DNA of 64,000 nucleotides, from the NCBI GenBank assembly GCA_963850295.1, contig CAWKKU010000006.1, forward strand, positions 92,240-156,239, written 5' to 3'. The notes beneath the pieces were generated by a model. The model did not search any database. It worked only from the letters and a program-made list of their open reading frames with translations, and had not been told where the DNA came from. Of this stretch, positions 17,156 to 27,096 are shown piece after piece; the first letter of the stretch is position 1; every line of letters begins with the position of its first letter. The translations under genes and the position numbers were made by a program. The stretch is from Vicinamibacterales bacterium (GTDB lineage Bacteria; Acidobacteriota; Vicinamibacteria; Vicinamibacterales; JAMQPK01).

Positions 17156-18487
17156 CACCGCGCAGCCGTCATTCCGGTCTGCGTGTCCTCCAGGAAATAG
17201 CTTTGACAGACGGCGTCGAGCAGCTCGGTCGTTATAGCTGCCGGCCGCTGATGATAGCGACACAGGCTGACCACCTGATCGGTGAGATCGCGCGGGTGGC
17301 ACGCGCGCATCGCCAGGTTCCGTCCGATGTAGTACTTGTCGTTCAGGTACTCGATGATGGCCGGGTCGTAGGCCACGCCGTGCCTGCGGCAGTTCATCTC
17401 CCAGATGCGGCCGAACTGCTGCAGTGTCGGGTTCTTCGCGTAAATCTTGTACGGGATGCGGCGCAGGAACGCTTCGTCGGCAAGGGATTCGGCTCGAGGT
17501 TCGTCGCAAACACGACGAGCACGTCGAACGGCACCTGAAACTTTCTGCCCGTGTGCAGGTTGAGGTAATCGACCCGCGACTCGAGGGGCACGATCCAGCG
17601 GTTCAGGAGGTCGCGCGCCGGCACACGCTGGCGGCCGAAGTCGTCAACCACCAGCACGCCGCCGTTGGCCTTCAGATGGACCGGCGCCTCGTAGAACTTC
17701 GAAAGCTCGCCGAATCGCAAGTCCAGCATTTCGAGGGTCAGCTCGCCGCCGACGGTGATGACCGGCCGGCTCACGCGAACCCATCGCCGGTCCGTTGCAC
17801 CGTCGGACCTGATCACAGACGCCTCATCGTGTTCAGAGCGCGATTCGTGCGTGACCGGATCGAACATGGTGACGATCTGGCCATCGATGTCGATGGCGTA
17901 CGGAATGTAGATGTCTCCGCCGAGCACGCGGCCGATGCCTTCGCCCATGACGCTCTTGCCGTTGCCGGGCGGGCCGTACAGGAACAGCGCTTTGCGCGTC
18001 GCAATGGCGGGGCCGAGCTGGTCGAGCATTTCCGGCTCGACGATGAGATGCGAGAAGCTCTCGGCCACGCGTTCGCGATAGATGTCGTGCGTCTGCGCGC
18101 GCAACTCGTTCATGTGGAGCGTGTACTGGAGGAGCGGAACGGGCGCGGGCCCGACGTAGCCGCAGGCGTCGAAATAGCGCAGCGCTCGTGCCCGGCCGGC
18201 ATCCGTCAGCGCGTAGCGGTATCCGGCGCTGCCGGTGCCGAGCGCGCTCTTCACCTCGATGAGCATCTCCACCCGGAGCTTTTCGAGCAGCGGCTCGAGG
18301 ATGCCGTACGGCAGGCAGACGCGATCGGCAAGCCCCATGCCGGTGGCCTCGCCGCTGTGCAGCATCTTCACGAGAATCGACGCGAGCGTGTCCGGCGCCA
18401 GGCCTGTCGCCTCGAGCGTGGCCGGTTTATCCGGCGCCAGCAGGCCGGCCTCGACGGGTTTCGCGATTCAGCTATGGCTGTGGTCAT
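17155..18487 (-). CDS. AAA+ ATPase of unassigned family embedded in the tad operon, two frameshifts
   Basis: ATG 18487 lies 4 nt after the tadC stop. Walker A LYGPPGNGKS, Walker B GVLVVDDFGRQ, then NRWIVPLESRVDYL and FLRRIPYKI. Frame changes near 18455 and 17485. No GAFTGA loop seen. Confidence 0.7.
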
Positions 18488-18491
18488 GACG

Positions 18492-19396
18492 TTATTTGCC
18501 CATCGGACCGAGCACTTTGATGAACTGCAGCGCCGCGGGGCCGATCGTGACAATCCAGATAGCGGGGAAGATGCAGACGACCAGCGGGAAGACCATCTTC
18601 ACGCCGGTTTTCGCCGCCGCTTCTTCGGCGCGCTGGCGGCGTTTGGTCCGCAGGGTATCCGAGAACACGCGCAGCGAGTTGGCGACGCTGGTGCCGAACT
18701 TGTCCGTCTGGATCAACATCGCCACGAGCGAGGTCAGGTCGTCGACACCGGTGCGCTCGGCCATGTTTCGCAGCGCCTCGGAGCGTCCCTTGCCGGCAAG
18801 CAGCTCGAGGTTGACCAGCCGAAGCTCCGACGACAAATCGGGATAAGCAGAGGCGAGCTCCTGGGCCACTCGCGCGAGCGCCTGATCGAGACCGAGGCCC
18901 GCTTCGACGCTCACCACCAGCAGGTCGAGTGCGTCCGCCAGCGCCAGGCGGATGCGGTGCTGGCGCCGGCGCGCTTTCCGCGCCAGAACGATGCCGGGCA
19001 TGATGTAGCCGAAACCGGCCGCTGAAAGCGCCGTCATCAGGTTCGGCTTCACCAGAATCGGCGTCATGCAGAAGCCGAATGCCGCCAGCGCGAAGGACAC
19101 GCGGATGCCGAGAAAGACCGGCAGCGCTTCGCCCCGCGGTAGCCCGCCTGCACCAGGCGGAGCTGAATCTTGCTGAGATCCTTCGGATTCTTTGGCAGCC
19201 GCTCGCCCATGCGCTTCAGGAACGCGACGATCTGATCGGGAGATGCGTTGCCGTCGGCGGGCTGCGCCTGGCCGCCGACGACGTCGCGCAGCCGGTCGTC
19301 GATGTTGGCCGGGCGACCAGCCATGAGGGCATAGGTCACGGCTGTGACCAGCAGCGAACCGAATGCAAACGCGAGCAGTGGAAGCAGGAGCGTCAC
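18492..19396 (-). CDS. tadC: Flp pilus assembly inner-membrane protein TadC, one frameshift
   Basis: GTG 19396. T2SS-F-like region LALADALDLLVVSVEAGLGLDQAL and MLIQTDKFGTS. Frame change near 19135. Confidence 0.8.
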
Positions 19397-19399
19397 GGT

Positions 19400-20381
19400 T
19401 TACACCTCAATCTTGATGACTTGCCTGATCCAGAAGAAGCCGATCGCCTGCATCACGATCGACGCCATGATCATCAGTTGCCCCAGCCGCTCTTCGAAGA
19501 GCTGGTTCATGTGCTCGGGATTGATGAACGACAGCGCCAGCGCCAGAAACGCGGGGAGCGCCATCAGCACGTAGCCGGTGAACCGTCCGTGCGCGGTGTG
19601 CACGCGGACCTGGCGGCGAATCTTGAATCGCTCGCGGACGACGGCCGCGAGGTTGTCGAGAATCTCGGACAGGTTGCCGCCGGTCTCACGCTGGATGAGC
19701 ACAGCCGTGGTGAAGAAGCGCACGTCGAGGATGGGCACGCGCAGGCACAGGTTGTTCAGCGATTCTTTCAGCGGCAGGCCGAAGTTCTGCTCGTCGAACG
19801 CCTTTCTGAATTCCGGTCCGACCGGCTCGCCGAGCTCGTCGGCCACCATCTTCATGCCGGCGCTGAACGCATGGCCGGCGCGGATGCCGCGCGACAGCAG
19901 GTCCAGCGCTTCGGGGAAGGTCTCCTCGAACTTGTAGAGGCGCGCCGACCGCTTGTAGCGGACGATCGCCGGAAGCATGCACAGGCCGATGGCGAAGCCG
20001 AACGGCATCGCCCAGCTCTTGCCCGCGAGCACCATCGCGAGAAACGCGCAGACGACGGCGAGCACGAGCGAGATGAGAATCAGCGCGCTGGCGCTCAGCC
20101 CCATGCCGGACTGGTCGAGCCAGCGTTCGAACGACGATCCTTTCAGCGCCTGCCTCGCCACGCGGTCGATATTCGGCAGCGGACCGCTTTCTCCGTGCGC
20201 ACGAGCGACGCATCTCCGCCGCTCCCGCCGGCATGGCACCGATGCCGATCGACTCGTTCAGCCGCTGCTCGAACGTCTTCTCCCGCGCCGACTCCGATCG
20301 GCGGGTGACGAGAAGAAACAGACCCACCAGCGTTGCGGTGGAGGTGACGAAGACGAGCACGACGATCACTGACAGAGGCAT
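19400..20381 (-). CDS. tadB: Flp pilus assembly inner-membrane protein TadB, two frameshifts
   Basis: ATG 20381 overlaps the cpaF stop (TGATG). FPEALDLLSRGIRAGHAF and AVLIQRETGGNL. Frame changes at about 20190-20240. Confidence 0.8.
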
Positions 20382-21755
20382 CACCGCACCTCCAGCTGGC
20401 CGTCGAACATGTCGGGCGCGAGCTGAATGCCCGACTGTTTGAGCCGTTCGCACACCTTCGGCCGCACTCCGGTTGCGAGAAACCGTCCGATGACCTTCCC
20501 GTCGGGGCCGAGTCCGAGCTTCTCGAACCGGTAGATCTCCTGCATGGTGATGATGTCGCCTTCCATGCCGGTGATTTCCGACACGCTCGTCACCTTGCGG
20601 GTTCCGTCGCTCATGCGCGCCTGCTGCACGACAATCTGAATGGCCGAGGCAATCTGCTGGCGCATGGCCTTGTCGGGCAGGTTCACGTTGGCCATCGCGA
20701 CCATCGTCTCGAGCCTCGACAGCGCGTCGCGCGGCGTGTTCGCGTGGACGGTGGTGAGCGAGCCGTCGTGGCCGGTGTTCATCGCCTGCAACATGTCGAG
20801 CGCTTCTTCGCCGCGGACCTCGCCGACGATGATGCGGTCGGGGCGCATACGCAGAGAGTTGACCAGCAGCTGGCGCTGCCGCACCGCGCCTTTGCCTTCG
20901 ACGTTGGGCGGCCGCGTTTCCAGCCGCACGACGTGCTCCTGGCGCAACTGCAATTCCGCGGCGTCTTCGATCGTCACGATGCGATCGCGCATCGAGATGA
21001 ATGAGGACAGCACGTTCAGCAGCGTGGTTTTACCGGCGCCGGTACCGCCGCTGACGAGGATGTTCAACTTCGCCGCGACACAGTGCCGGAGGAACTCGAG
21101 CATGTTCGGCGCCAGCGCCTTGAACGCCACGAGATCGTCCGCCTGCAGCCGCTCGGCGGGAAAACGGCGGATCGACAGCAGCGGACCGTCGACCGCGAGC
21201 GGCGCGATAATCGCGTTGACGCGCGATCCGTCGGGCAGGCGCGCGTCGACCATCGGCGAGCTGTCGTCGATGCGGCGTCCGACGCCGCTGACGATGCGGT
21301 CGATGACCCGCAGCAGATGCTGGTCGTCCTGGAACGCCGCCGGCACCTGCTCGAGTTTGCCGGCGCGCTCGACGAACACCTGCTTGTGCGTGTTGACCAG
21401 GATGTCGCTGACCGTCTTGTCGCGCAGCAGCGGCTCCAGCGGACCGAACCCGAAAACTTCGTCGATGACGTCGCCGAGAATCGCGTCGCGTTCGGTGACC
21501 GACAGCGGCACGCCCGCCTCTGCGATGAGCGAGGAGACGAGGGCTCTGATCTCGGCTTCGACCCGGCTGCGTTCGGCCGTGGCGAGCTTTTCGAGGTTCA
21601 GCTTCGACAGGAGCTTGCGATGGACGCTGCCGCGGACTTCGAGATATTGCGCGCGCCTCGCGTTGACGACCGGATCGGCGGCGGCGTTTTTGCCGCGCCG
21701 TCCGGTGGAACCGAAGGCCGCATCGGCGGTTTGACGGTGACAGGGGTCGCCATGG
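20381..21755 (-). CDS. cpaF: Tad pilus secretion ATPase CpaF/TadA, one frameshift near the 5' end
   Basis: Walker [38 protein letters not shown] and [16 protein letters not shown] 21755 lies 3 nt after the cpaE stop, and the main frame is only reached after a frame change within the first about 50 codons. Confidence 0.9.
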
Positions 21756-21756
21756 C

Positions 21757-22935
21757 TTAAAAAATCCCGAGAAACGACGCTTTGACGCGCGCCGGTTCGT
21801 CCGAGGCCACCGGGGCGTGCGGGTTGATGATCTGTTTGGTGAACCGCTCGAACTGCGCCGCGAGATCGGAGTGGTTGGTCAGCGCCAGAGGCACGCCGGA
21901 ATTCATCGCCGCCGAGACGACGCTGTAGTCGCTCGGGAACATCATGTGCAGGCTGTGGCCGAGCGTCGTCTCGATCTGCTTGGGACCGATCTGATGCTGC
22001 TCGGACATGCGGTTCAGCAGCACGCGAAGCCGGTCCTTGCCGGCGCCCAGCTGCTCGAAGCGATCGACGATCCGATGTGAATTCCGGATCGACGCGATGT
22101 CGGGGTTGGCCACGAGATAAAGCGTGTCCGCGGCGAACACGGCGACATCGGCGACCGGTCCCGCTACCGAACCCGCGTCGACGATGACGAAGTCGTACGA
22201 ACGGCCGAGCTGCTGCAGCAGCTGCTCGACGCCCGCCGCATCGTGCGCCCCGGGACGGTCGATCTGGTCGCCGCCGGCGAGGATGTCGAGGCCCGACTTG
22301 TGCTTCACCACGAGCTCCCGCATGAACTCCTGGTCCATCCTGTGGAGGTTGTCGAGCGCGTCAATCAGCGTGAAGCGGGGCCGCACGCCGAGAAAGAGCG
22401 CGACCTCGCCGACGAACTGATGCAGGTCGATGATCAATGTCGGCCGCTTCGACAGCCTGGCGATGTCGATCGCCGTGTTGACCGCGAGGGTCGTCGTCCC
22501 GGCGCCCCCTTTCGCGCCGAAGAACGACAGCGTCACGCCGGATTTCGTGTTGTCTTTTGCCGGCCGGCTGCGTTCCGCGGTGCGTTTCAGCGCGGTATGG
22601 AGCGGCTCGGCGAGCGACGAGCCGTCGTCGTAGCCGGACCACGCGAGGTATTCGTTCGCGCCGGCGCGCATCGCGCTGAGAATCTGATCGGGCTCGGCCG
22701 ACGCGGCGACCGCGAAGATCGACGTCGACGGCCAGGACGCCCGGAAGCGCTCGATCGCTTCGGTCGTCGAGCTCGTCGCGCTGCGGATGTCGACGATCGC
22801 CAGGTCGAGCCACGTTCCGGCGGCGTGCTTTTCGTCGATGACGCCGATCGAGAAGCCGCTCGATCGGAGCAGCGACGTGATCGTCGAGCGAAAGTCGGGA
22901 TCACTCGTGGTGATGACTGCTGAAAGTTGTGCCAT
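21757..22935 (-). CDS. cpaE: CpaE/TadZ: pseudo-receiver plus ParA/MinD-like ATPase
   Basis: 392 aa, intact. N-terminal REC-like domain. Deviant Walker [15 protein letters not shown]. Confidence 0.85.
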   Translation of the reverse strand: MAQLSAVITTSDPDFRSTITSLLRSSGFSIGVIDEKHAAGTWLDLAIVDIRSATSSTTEAIERFRASWPSTSIFAVAASAEPDQILSAMRAGANEYLAWSGYDDGSSLAEPLHTALKRTAERSRPAKDNTKSGVTLSFFGAKGGAGTTTLAVNTAIDIARLSKRPTLIIDLHQFVGEVALFLGVRPRFTLIDALDNLHRMDQEFMRELVVKHKSGLDILAGGDQIDRPGAHDAAGVEQLLQQLGRSYDFVIVDAGSVAGPVADVAVFAADTLYLVANPDIASIRNSHRIVDRFEQLGAGKDRLRVLLNRMSEQHQIGPKQIETTLGHSLHMMFPSDYSVVSAAMNSGVPLALTNHSDLAAQFERFTKQIINPHAPVASDEPARVKASFLGIF

Positions 22936-22939
22936 GAGG

Positions 22940-24921
22940 TCACCGCCCCGATGTCTGTTGTCCTTCAGTGAGCTTCTGGTACTGCGTCACCAGGCGCTGG
23001 AGCTCGGCGTCGCGCGACGCTTTCTCCTTGGCGAGCCTGTCCGCAGCCTCTTTCACGCGCGCCGCTTCGGCCTGCTGCTGCGCAGCGAGCTTCTCCGCGG
23101 CCTTGCGGCGATTTCCTTTTCCTTGCGCTCGCGCTCCGAGCGCTCGGCTTCGACTTTCGCCGCCTGACGCGCACGTTCGCCGTCACGCTGTGCCTGGACG
23201 TGCGCCTCTTTGGCGGCGATCTCGTCCTGCTTGCGCTTGATCTCCGATTCTTTCTTTTCCTCTTCGCGCCGCTTGGCGTCGTCTTTCTTGGCCTGCTCGG
23301 CGTCCTTCTTCTCCTGAATGGCCGCCTGCTCGGCTCGCTTGCGTTCGATCTGTGCGGCGAGCTCCGCGGCCTTCCGTGCGTCTCTTGCAGCGGCTTCACG
23401 CTCCGCCTTGGTCGGGCCTGCCGGCGTGCCGGGGCGACCGCGAGCGGCGTGACCGGCATCGGGGCGGCAGGCGTCGTTGCGAACGGCTGCGCGGTCGTCG
23501 CGGTCTGCGAGGCGGCCGGCGACGCCGGCTTGGCGACGACCGGCGCGCTTTCGGGCGCGAAGGTCATCGGGCTGGTGAATGCGGGCGGAGGAGGCGCGAT
23601 ACGGTTGCGGTCGGGCTGCAGGAACGGCTGCACCAGCCCGGGCAGGTTCGGCGTCACTCCGGGTGAATCGCGGCGCACGATGTGCGGCGTGATCATCACG
23701 ACGAGCTCCGTCGCGCTCTTCTGATAGGCCTGGCTGCGGAACAGGTAGCCGAGAATCGGGATGTCGCCGATGCCGGGCACTCGCCGCAGCGATTCATCGA
23801 GGTTCTGATCGAGCATCCCCGCGATGGCGAACGTCTGCCCGTCGCGCAACTCGACCGAGGTCTCCGTGCGGCGGGTCTTCAGCGCCGGGATGCGGAATCC
23901 CTCGAGCACGACGGCGTTGCCGAAGTCGAGCGAGCTGACCTCGGGCGCGACCTTGAGCTGAATCCTGTCGTCGGCCGTCACGGTCGGCGTAAATCGCAGA
24001 CGGACGCCGAATTCCTTGAACACGATCGTCACCGCGTTGTTGTTGCCGTTTCCCTGCACGACGGGATACGGATATTCACCGCCGGCGAGGAAGGTGGCCT
24101 CCTGGCCGTCGCGCGTGATCAGGTTCGGCTCGGCCAGGCTCTGAAACAGCCCCTTGCCCTTCAGCGCGCGGATCGCCGCGCCCAGCTGTTCTTCGGTATT
24201 GAAGAGGAAGAGGTTGAGGAAGTCGGAGAAGACGAGGCCGTCGTCCCTGTCGAAGACCGGCGCCGCGAACTGCCCCGTCGTCGAGCGACCGACCCAGTCG
24301 CCTTTCCCGTTGGGCCCGGTGAAGAAATTTACGCCGAGCTCCTGCATCGCGCTGCGGCCGACTTCGGCGAAGCGCACGCGGAGCAGAATCTGGTTGGTCG
24401 CGGGCCCTTCCTGCTGGCGCATCAGGTTCACGACGTTGTCGGCCTTCTCGACGTAACCGAGGGCCAGCGACGAAGCGCGATCGACAATGTATTTGCTCGA
24501 TACCACCCCGGAGAGCACGACGTCTTTGCCGTTGCTCGCCGCGGTGATCGCCTCGCCGGGAAACAGCTTGCTGCAGCTGCGTGTCCAGGTTGCTCAGGTC
24601 GCGCTTCACCGCGACGTCGTAGGTCTTGATGCGGCCGTTGTCCGACCACACCAGCAGAGAAATCGTCCCGGGAATCTTGCCGTGCACCAGCAGCTCGTAG
24701 GGCGTGGTCACCACAGCGTCGGCGATGTCCGGCGTGGACAGCGACACGCGCGTGATCGGACGCTCCGTTCTGATGATGGCCGAGCGGCCGACCATCAAGT
24801 CGAGCTGCTCGGGGGCGACGGCGCCGACCGCATCGGCGCCCCGCGCGGCCACCTGCCCCGCTCGCGCGGTCGGCGGCAGAACCATGATCACCAGCAGAAG
24901 AATCGCAAGAGGACGTTTCAT
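22940..24921 (-). CDS. cpaC: CpaC/RcpA secretin with long C-terminal Pro/Ala linker and charged coiled-coil tail, three frameshifts
   Basis: Signal peptide MKRPLAILLLVIMVLPPTARA. Secretin core VPGIGDIPILGYLFRSQ...ELVVMITPHIV. Then about 70 aa P/A/T-rich and about 190 aa K/E/A/R-rich (KAEREAAARDARKAAELAAQIERKRAEQ...LVTQYQKLTEGQQTSGR, stop 22940-22942). Frame changes near 24568, 23437 and 23103. Confidence 0.85.
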
Positions 24922-24933
24922 TGTTCTGTGCTC

Positions 24934-25776
24934 CTATCCAACGACGACGTGGACGCGTTTATCGCCACGGATGATTTCGACAGAGGGTGGCGGCTGAACG
25001 GCTGCCGGTGGCTGCGGCTGTCCGGCAGGCACCGCTTTGCGCACGACGACGGTTCTCGCATGCGTGGTTCCGAGCAGCATGCCCGGCTTGATGCCCGAGG
25101 TGACGGGCGACTCGGTGTCGAGCGGGTTGCGAAGCGCCAGCTGAATCTTGCCTTCGGTGCTGGCGAGCGTGAGCTTTTCGGATTCTTCGGGCGTCACGAG
25201 CATCGTCACGACGGTCACCTGCATCGGCTTGCCGTCTTCGGTGTCCTGCTCGAGGCGCGTGCCGGCGGCGAGCACTTCGACGTTGGAGAGCACGACCTTG
25301 GTGGTGATGTCTTCCGACCGGCTGCTCGGGTTCGCGGTCGCGACCACGTCCACGCGCGTGCCCGGCAGCACGTAGCCGGCAACGCCAATCACTTCGTTCA
25401 CGCGCACCGACAACGCGCGCTTTCCAGGCGGAATAATCGGCGGCAGGCCGGCACCCGCTTCCTTCGAGGCGATCTTGCCCGGCAGGATGAGCTCGTTCTT
25501 GATCACCGACACGATGAGGCCACGGTCGACCAGCGCCGCGGGATCTTCGAATGCGCCTTCCGGCACGGCCGAGGCCGGCCAGTCGACGGCGATGAGATCT
25601 TCGCGCTTCAGCTGACGGCCGAGCGACAAGTCGCTGTTCGCGAGCACGACTTTGCGCGTCGGCACCGTCACGGTCTTGACCGGAACGTTCTGCAGGTAGT
25701 CGTAGGTGCCGTACGCAAGGCCCCCGCCCGCGAGTATGGCGATCAAAAACACGGTGAAGATTCGAACGCGAGTCAT
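24934..25776 (-). CDS. cpaB: Flp pilus assembly protein CpaB
   Basis: 280 aa, intact. N-terminal TM helix, a SAF-like domain, then an RcpC-like region (VGVAGYVLPGTRVDVV, VLSNVEVLA). Confidence 0.85.
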   Translation of the reverse strand: MTRVRIFTVFLIAILAGGGLAYGTYDYLQNVPVKTVTVPTRKVVLANSDLSLGRQLKREDLIAVDWPASAVPEGAFEDPAALVDRGLIVSVIKNELILPGKIASKEAGAGLPPIIPPGKRALSVRVNEVIGVAGYVLPGTRVDVVATANPSSRSEDITTKVVLSNVEVLAAGTRLEQDTEDGKPMQVTVVTMLVTPEESEKLTLASTEGKIQLALRNPLDTESPVTSGIKPGMLLGTTHARTVVVRKAVPAGQPQPPAAVQPPPSVEIIRGDKRVHVVVG

Positions 25777-25780
25777 TGGA

Positions 25781-26296
25781 TCACCTCATTAACGTTGCGA
25801 GAACGCAACCGGCGGCAATCGCCGGACCGTAGGGGAAACGATTGTGTTCAACGGGCGACTCGATCTCGGACGTCGCGGTCTCGCGCAGACCGAAGAGTCG
25901 CGCGGTCAGACGAAACGTGCGCAGCAGCCGTCCGCGGCGCCACGCGACGATGACCGCCAGCAGCCCTCCGGCGATCGCGGTCATCAGAAACGCGGGAATG
26001 ATGTGCTCGACGCCGACGACCGCGCCCGCCGCGGCAAAGAGCTTCACATCTCCACCCCCCGTTGCGCCCAGGACGTGGCCGGGCAGCATCAGCAGGAGGC
26101 CGAGAAAAAATCCAAGGAGCGACGAGCTGACGGACACGCCGCTGGCGCCGGTGGCGGCGAGCACGACGCCCGAGGCGGTTACGCCCAGCGAGATTCCGTT
26201 GGGAATCTTCCGTCGCGCCGAATCGACGATCGCCGCGCTGCCGAGTCCGGCGCAGAGCGCCGTCAGCATCACGGCGTCAGAACTGAATTGAGGCAA
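25781..26296 (-). CDS. cpaA: prepilin peptidase CpaA (A24 family)
   Basis: 171 aa polytopic protein. Catalytic Asp contexts IVDSARRKIPN and GGGDVKLF. The start may be the later M (MLTALCAG), because ATG 26296 overlaps flp-2 by 20 nt. Confidence 0.8.
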   Translation of the reverse strand: MPQFSSDAVMLTALCAGLGSAAIVDSARRKIPNGISLGVTASGVVLAATGASGVSVSSSLLGFFLGLLLMLPGHVLGATGGGDVKLFAAAGAVVGVEHIIPAFLMTAIAGGLLAVIVAWRRGRLLRTFRLTARLFGLRETATSEIESPVEHNRFPYGPAIAAGCVLATLMR

Positions 26297-26444
26297 TGCT
26301 CCCCCAGAACGTCGATGTGATCTCTGTTGCGAGCAGCTTCACGGCGGCGAGCGCGAAGATCGCGATCAACGATGCGAGGAGGCCGTATTCGAGCAAGTCC
26401 TGTCCGTCCTCGCGTTTTCCAAAGCGTCGCAGCAGAAACGTCAT
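26277..26444 (-). CDS. flp: Flp family type IVb pilin (copy 2)
   Basis: 55 aa: MTFLLRRFGKREDGQDLLEYGLLASLIAIFALAAV... The G/xxxxEY Flp motif is followed by a hydrophobic helix. RBS GGAGG. Confidence 0.8.
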   Translation of the reverse strand: MTFLLRRFGKREDGQDLLEYGLLASLIAIFALAAVKLLATEITSTFWGSIASIQF

Positions 26445-26474
26445 GTAGTCCTCCGGGTGCGGTGCTGAATTCGC

Positions 26475-26501
26475 GAGGGCCCGCCGGCCTGGCGGACCCT
26501 C
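26475..26501 (-). terminator. GC-rich hairpin between flp-1 and flp-2 (attenuator/terminator candidate)
   Basis: Minus-strand GAGGGUCCGCC-AGGCC-GGCGGGCCCUC has an 11-bp stem with one G-U pair. No clear U-tract. Confidence 0.4.
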
Positions 26502-26534
26502 ACGGGACGTTGCGCCGATCGTGCGTGCGCGCTG

Positions 26535-26711
26535 TTACGGGAGATCGGCCACGATCTTGTCGAAGATCGCGTCAACCTTCACACCGGCCGCGGTGACGGC
26601 CGTGACCGCGACGATCGCGATCAGCGCCACGAGCAGCGCGTATTCGAGAAGATCCTGACCGTCTTCGTTGCGGCGGAGCGAGTTGAAGATGCGAGTGACG
26701 ATGAGCAGCAT
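26535..26711 (-). CDS. flp: Flp family type IVb pilin (copy 1, promoter-proximal)
   Basis: 58 aa: MLLIVTRIFNSLRRNEDGQDLLEYALLVALIAIVAVTAV... Flp motif present. RBS GGGAGG 6 nt upstream of ATG 26711. Confidence 0.85.
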   Translation of the reverse strand: MLLIVTRIFNSLRRNEDGQDLLEYALLVALIAIVAVTAVTAAGVKVDAIFDKIVADLP

Positions 26712-26762
26712 GTTGTTCCTCCCTTTGCGCGCCGCGAAGGCGGTGCGACCGCGGCAAGTAAA

Positions 26763-26778
26763 CGCAACCGCCGTACCA
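26763..26778 (-). promoter_or_regulatory. sigma54-type -24/-12 promoter candidate for flp operon
   Basis: Minus-strand TGGTACGGCGGTTGCG versus consensus TGGCACG-N4-TTGCW. GG and GC are at the exact spacing. The predicted TSS lies about 41 nt upstream of the flp-1 ATG, and a T8 tract lies upstream. Confidence 0.45.
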
Positions 26779-27069
26779 CTCAAAAAAAATCTGCCGCGCG
26801 ATCGTCGCAAGTGTGTCTCTCGCGAATGAGTTAGCGCGGCAGCACTGCGCCGGCACGTGCAGGCCGTGCGTCGAAGCGGCACACGGGCAACTCGACAAAC
26901 TTCGTGTACGAACCGACCGACTTCGTGATTCTTCACGGCGGCGGCGGCGCTCTGCCGTTTTCGTAACTCACATGCGCGAATTGTCCGTGCCAGAGCCGGG
27001 ACCCGCGGCCAAAACGGAACACGAGCGCAAAAACGCAGCAAATGTGGGCGTCTTCGGGCCCTGCATAAG

Positions 27070-27085
27070 AGGTACGGCGATTGCG
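27070..27085 (+). promoter_or_regulatory. second sigma54-type -24/-12 motif facing the PEGA operon
   Basis: AGGTACGGCGATTGCG matches the flp-side motif at 14 of 16 positions. The predicted TSS (about 27096) falls at the annotated GTG 27097, so either the mRNA is leaderless, or the start is GTG 27121, or this is not a promoter. Confidence 0.35.
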
Positions 27086-27096
27086 AAAGGAGTCGT

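Noticed and set aside
17155-18487. AAA+ ATPase as the sigma54 enhancer-binding protein for the putative -24/-12 promoters
   Set aside because: There is no GAFTGA loop, no sigma54-interaction-domain signature (GESGTGKE-type Walker A context), and no C-terminal Fis-type HTH visible.
15582-21734. Series of long plus-strand ORFs (15582-17030, 17424-19025, 19079-20308, 20640-21734) opposite the tad genes
   Set aside because: All are antisense to genes with strong family motifs (TadG/E, AAA+, TadB/C, CpaF). They have extreme Arg/Asp/His-rich, low-complexity composition, and I saw no convincing start context.
24487-25953. 488-aa plus-strand ORF across cpaC/cpaB/cpaA
   Set aside because: It is antisense to three well-supported genes, spans their boundaries, and has an implausible composition.
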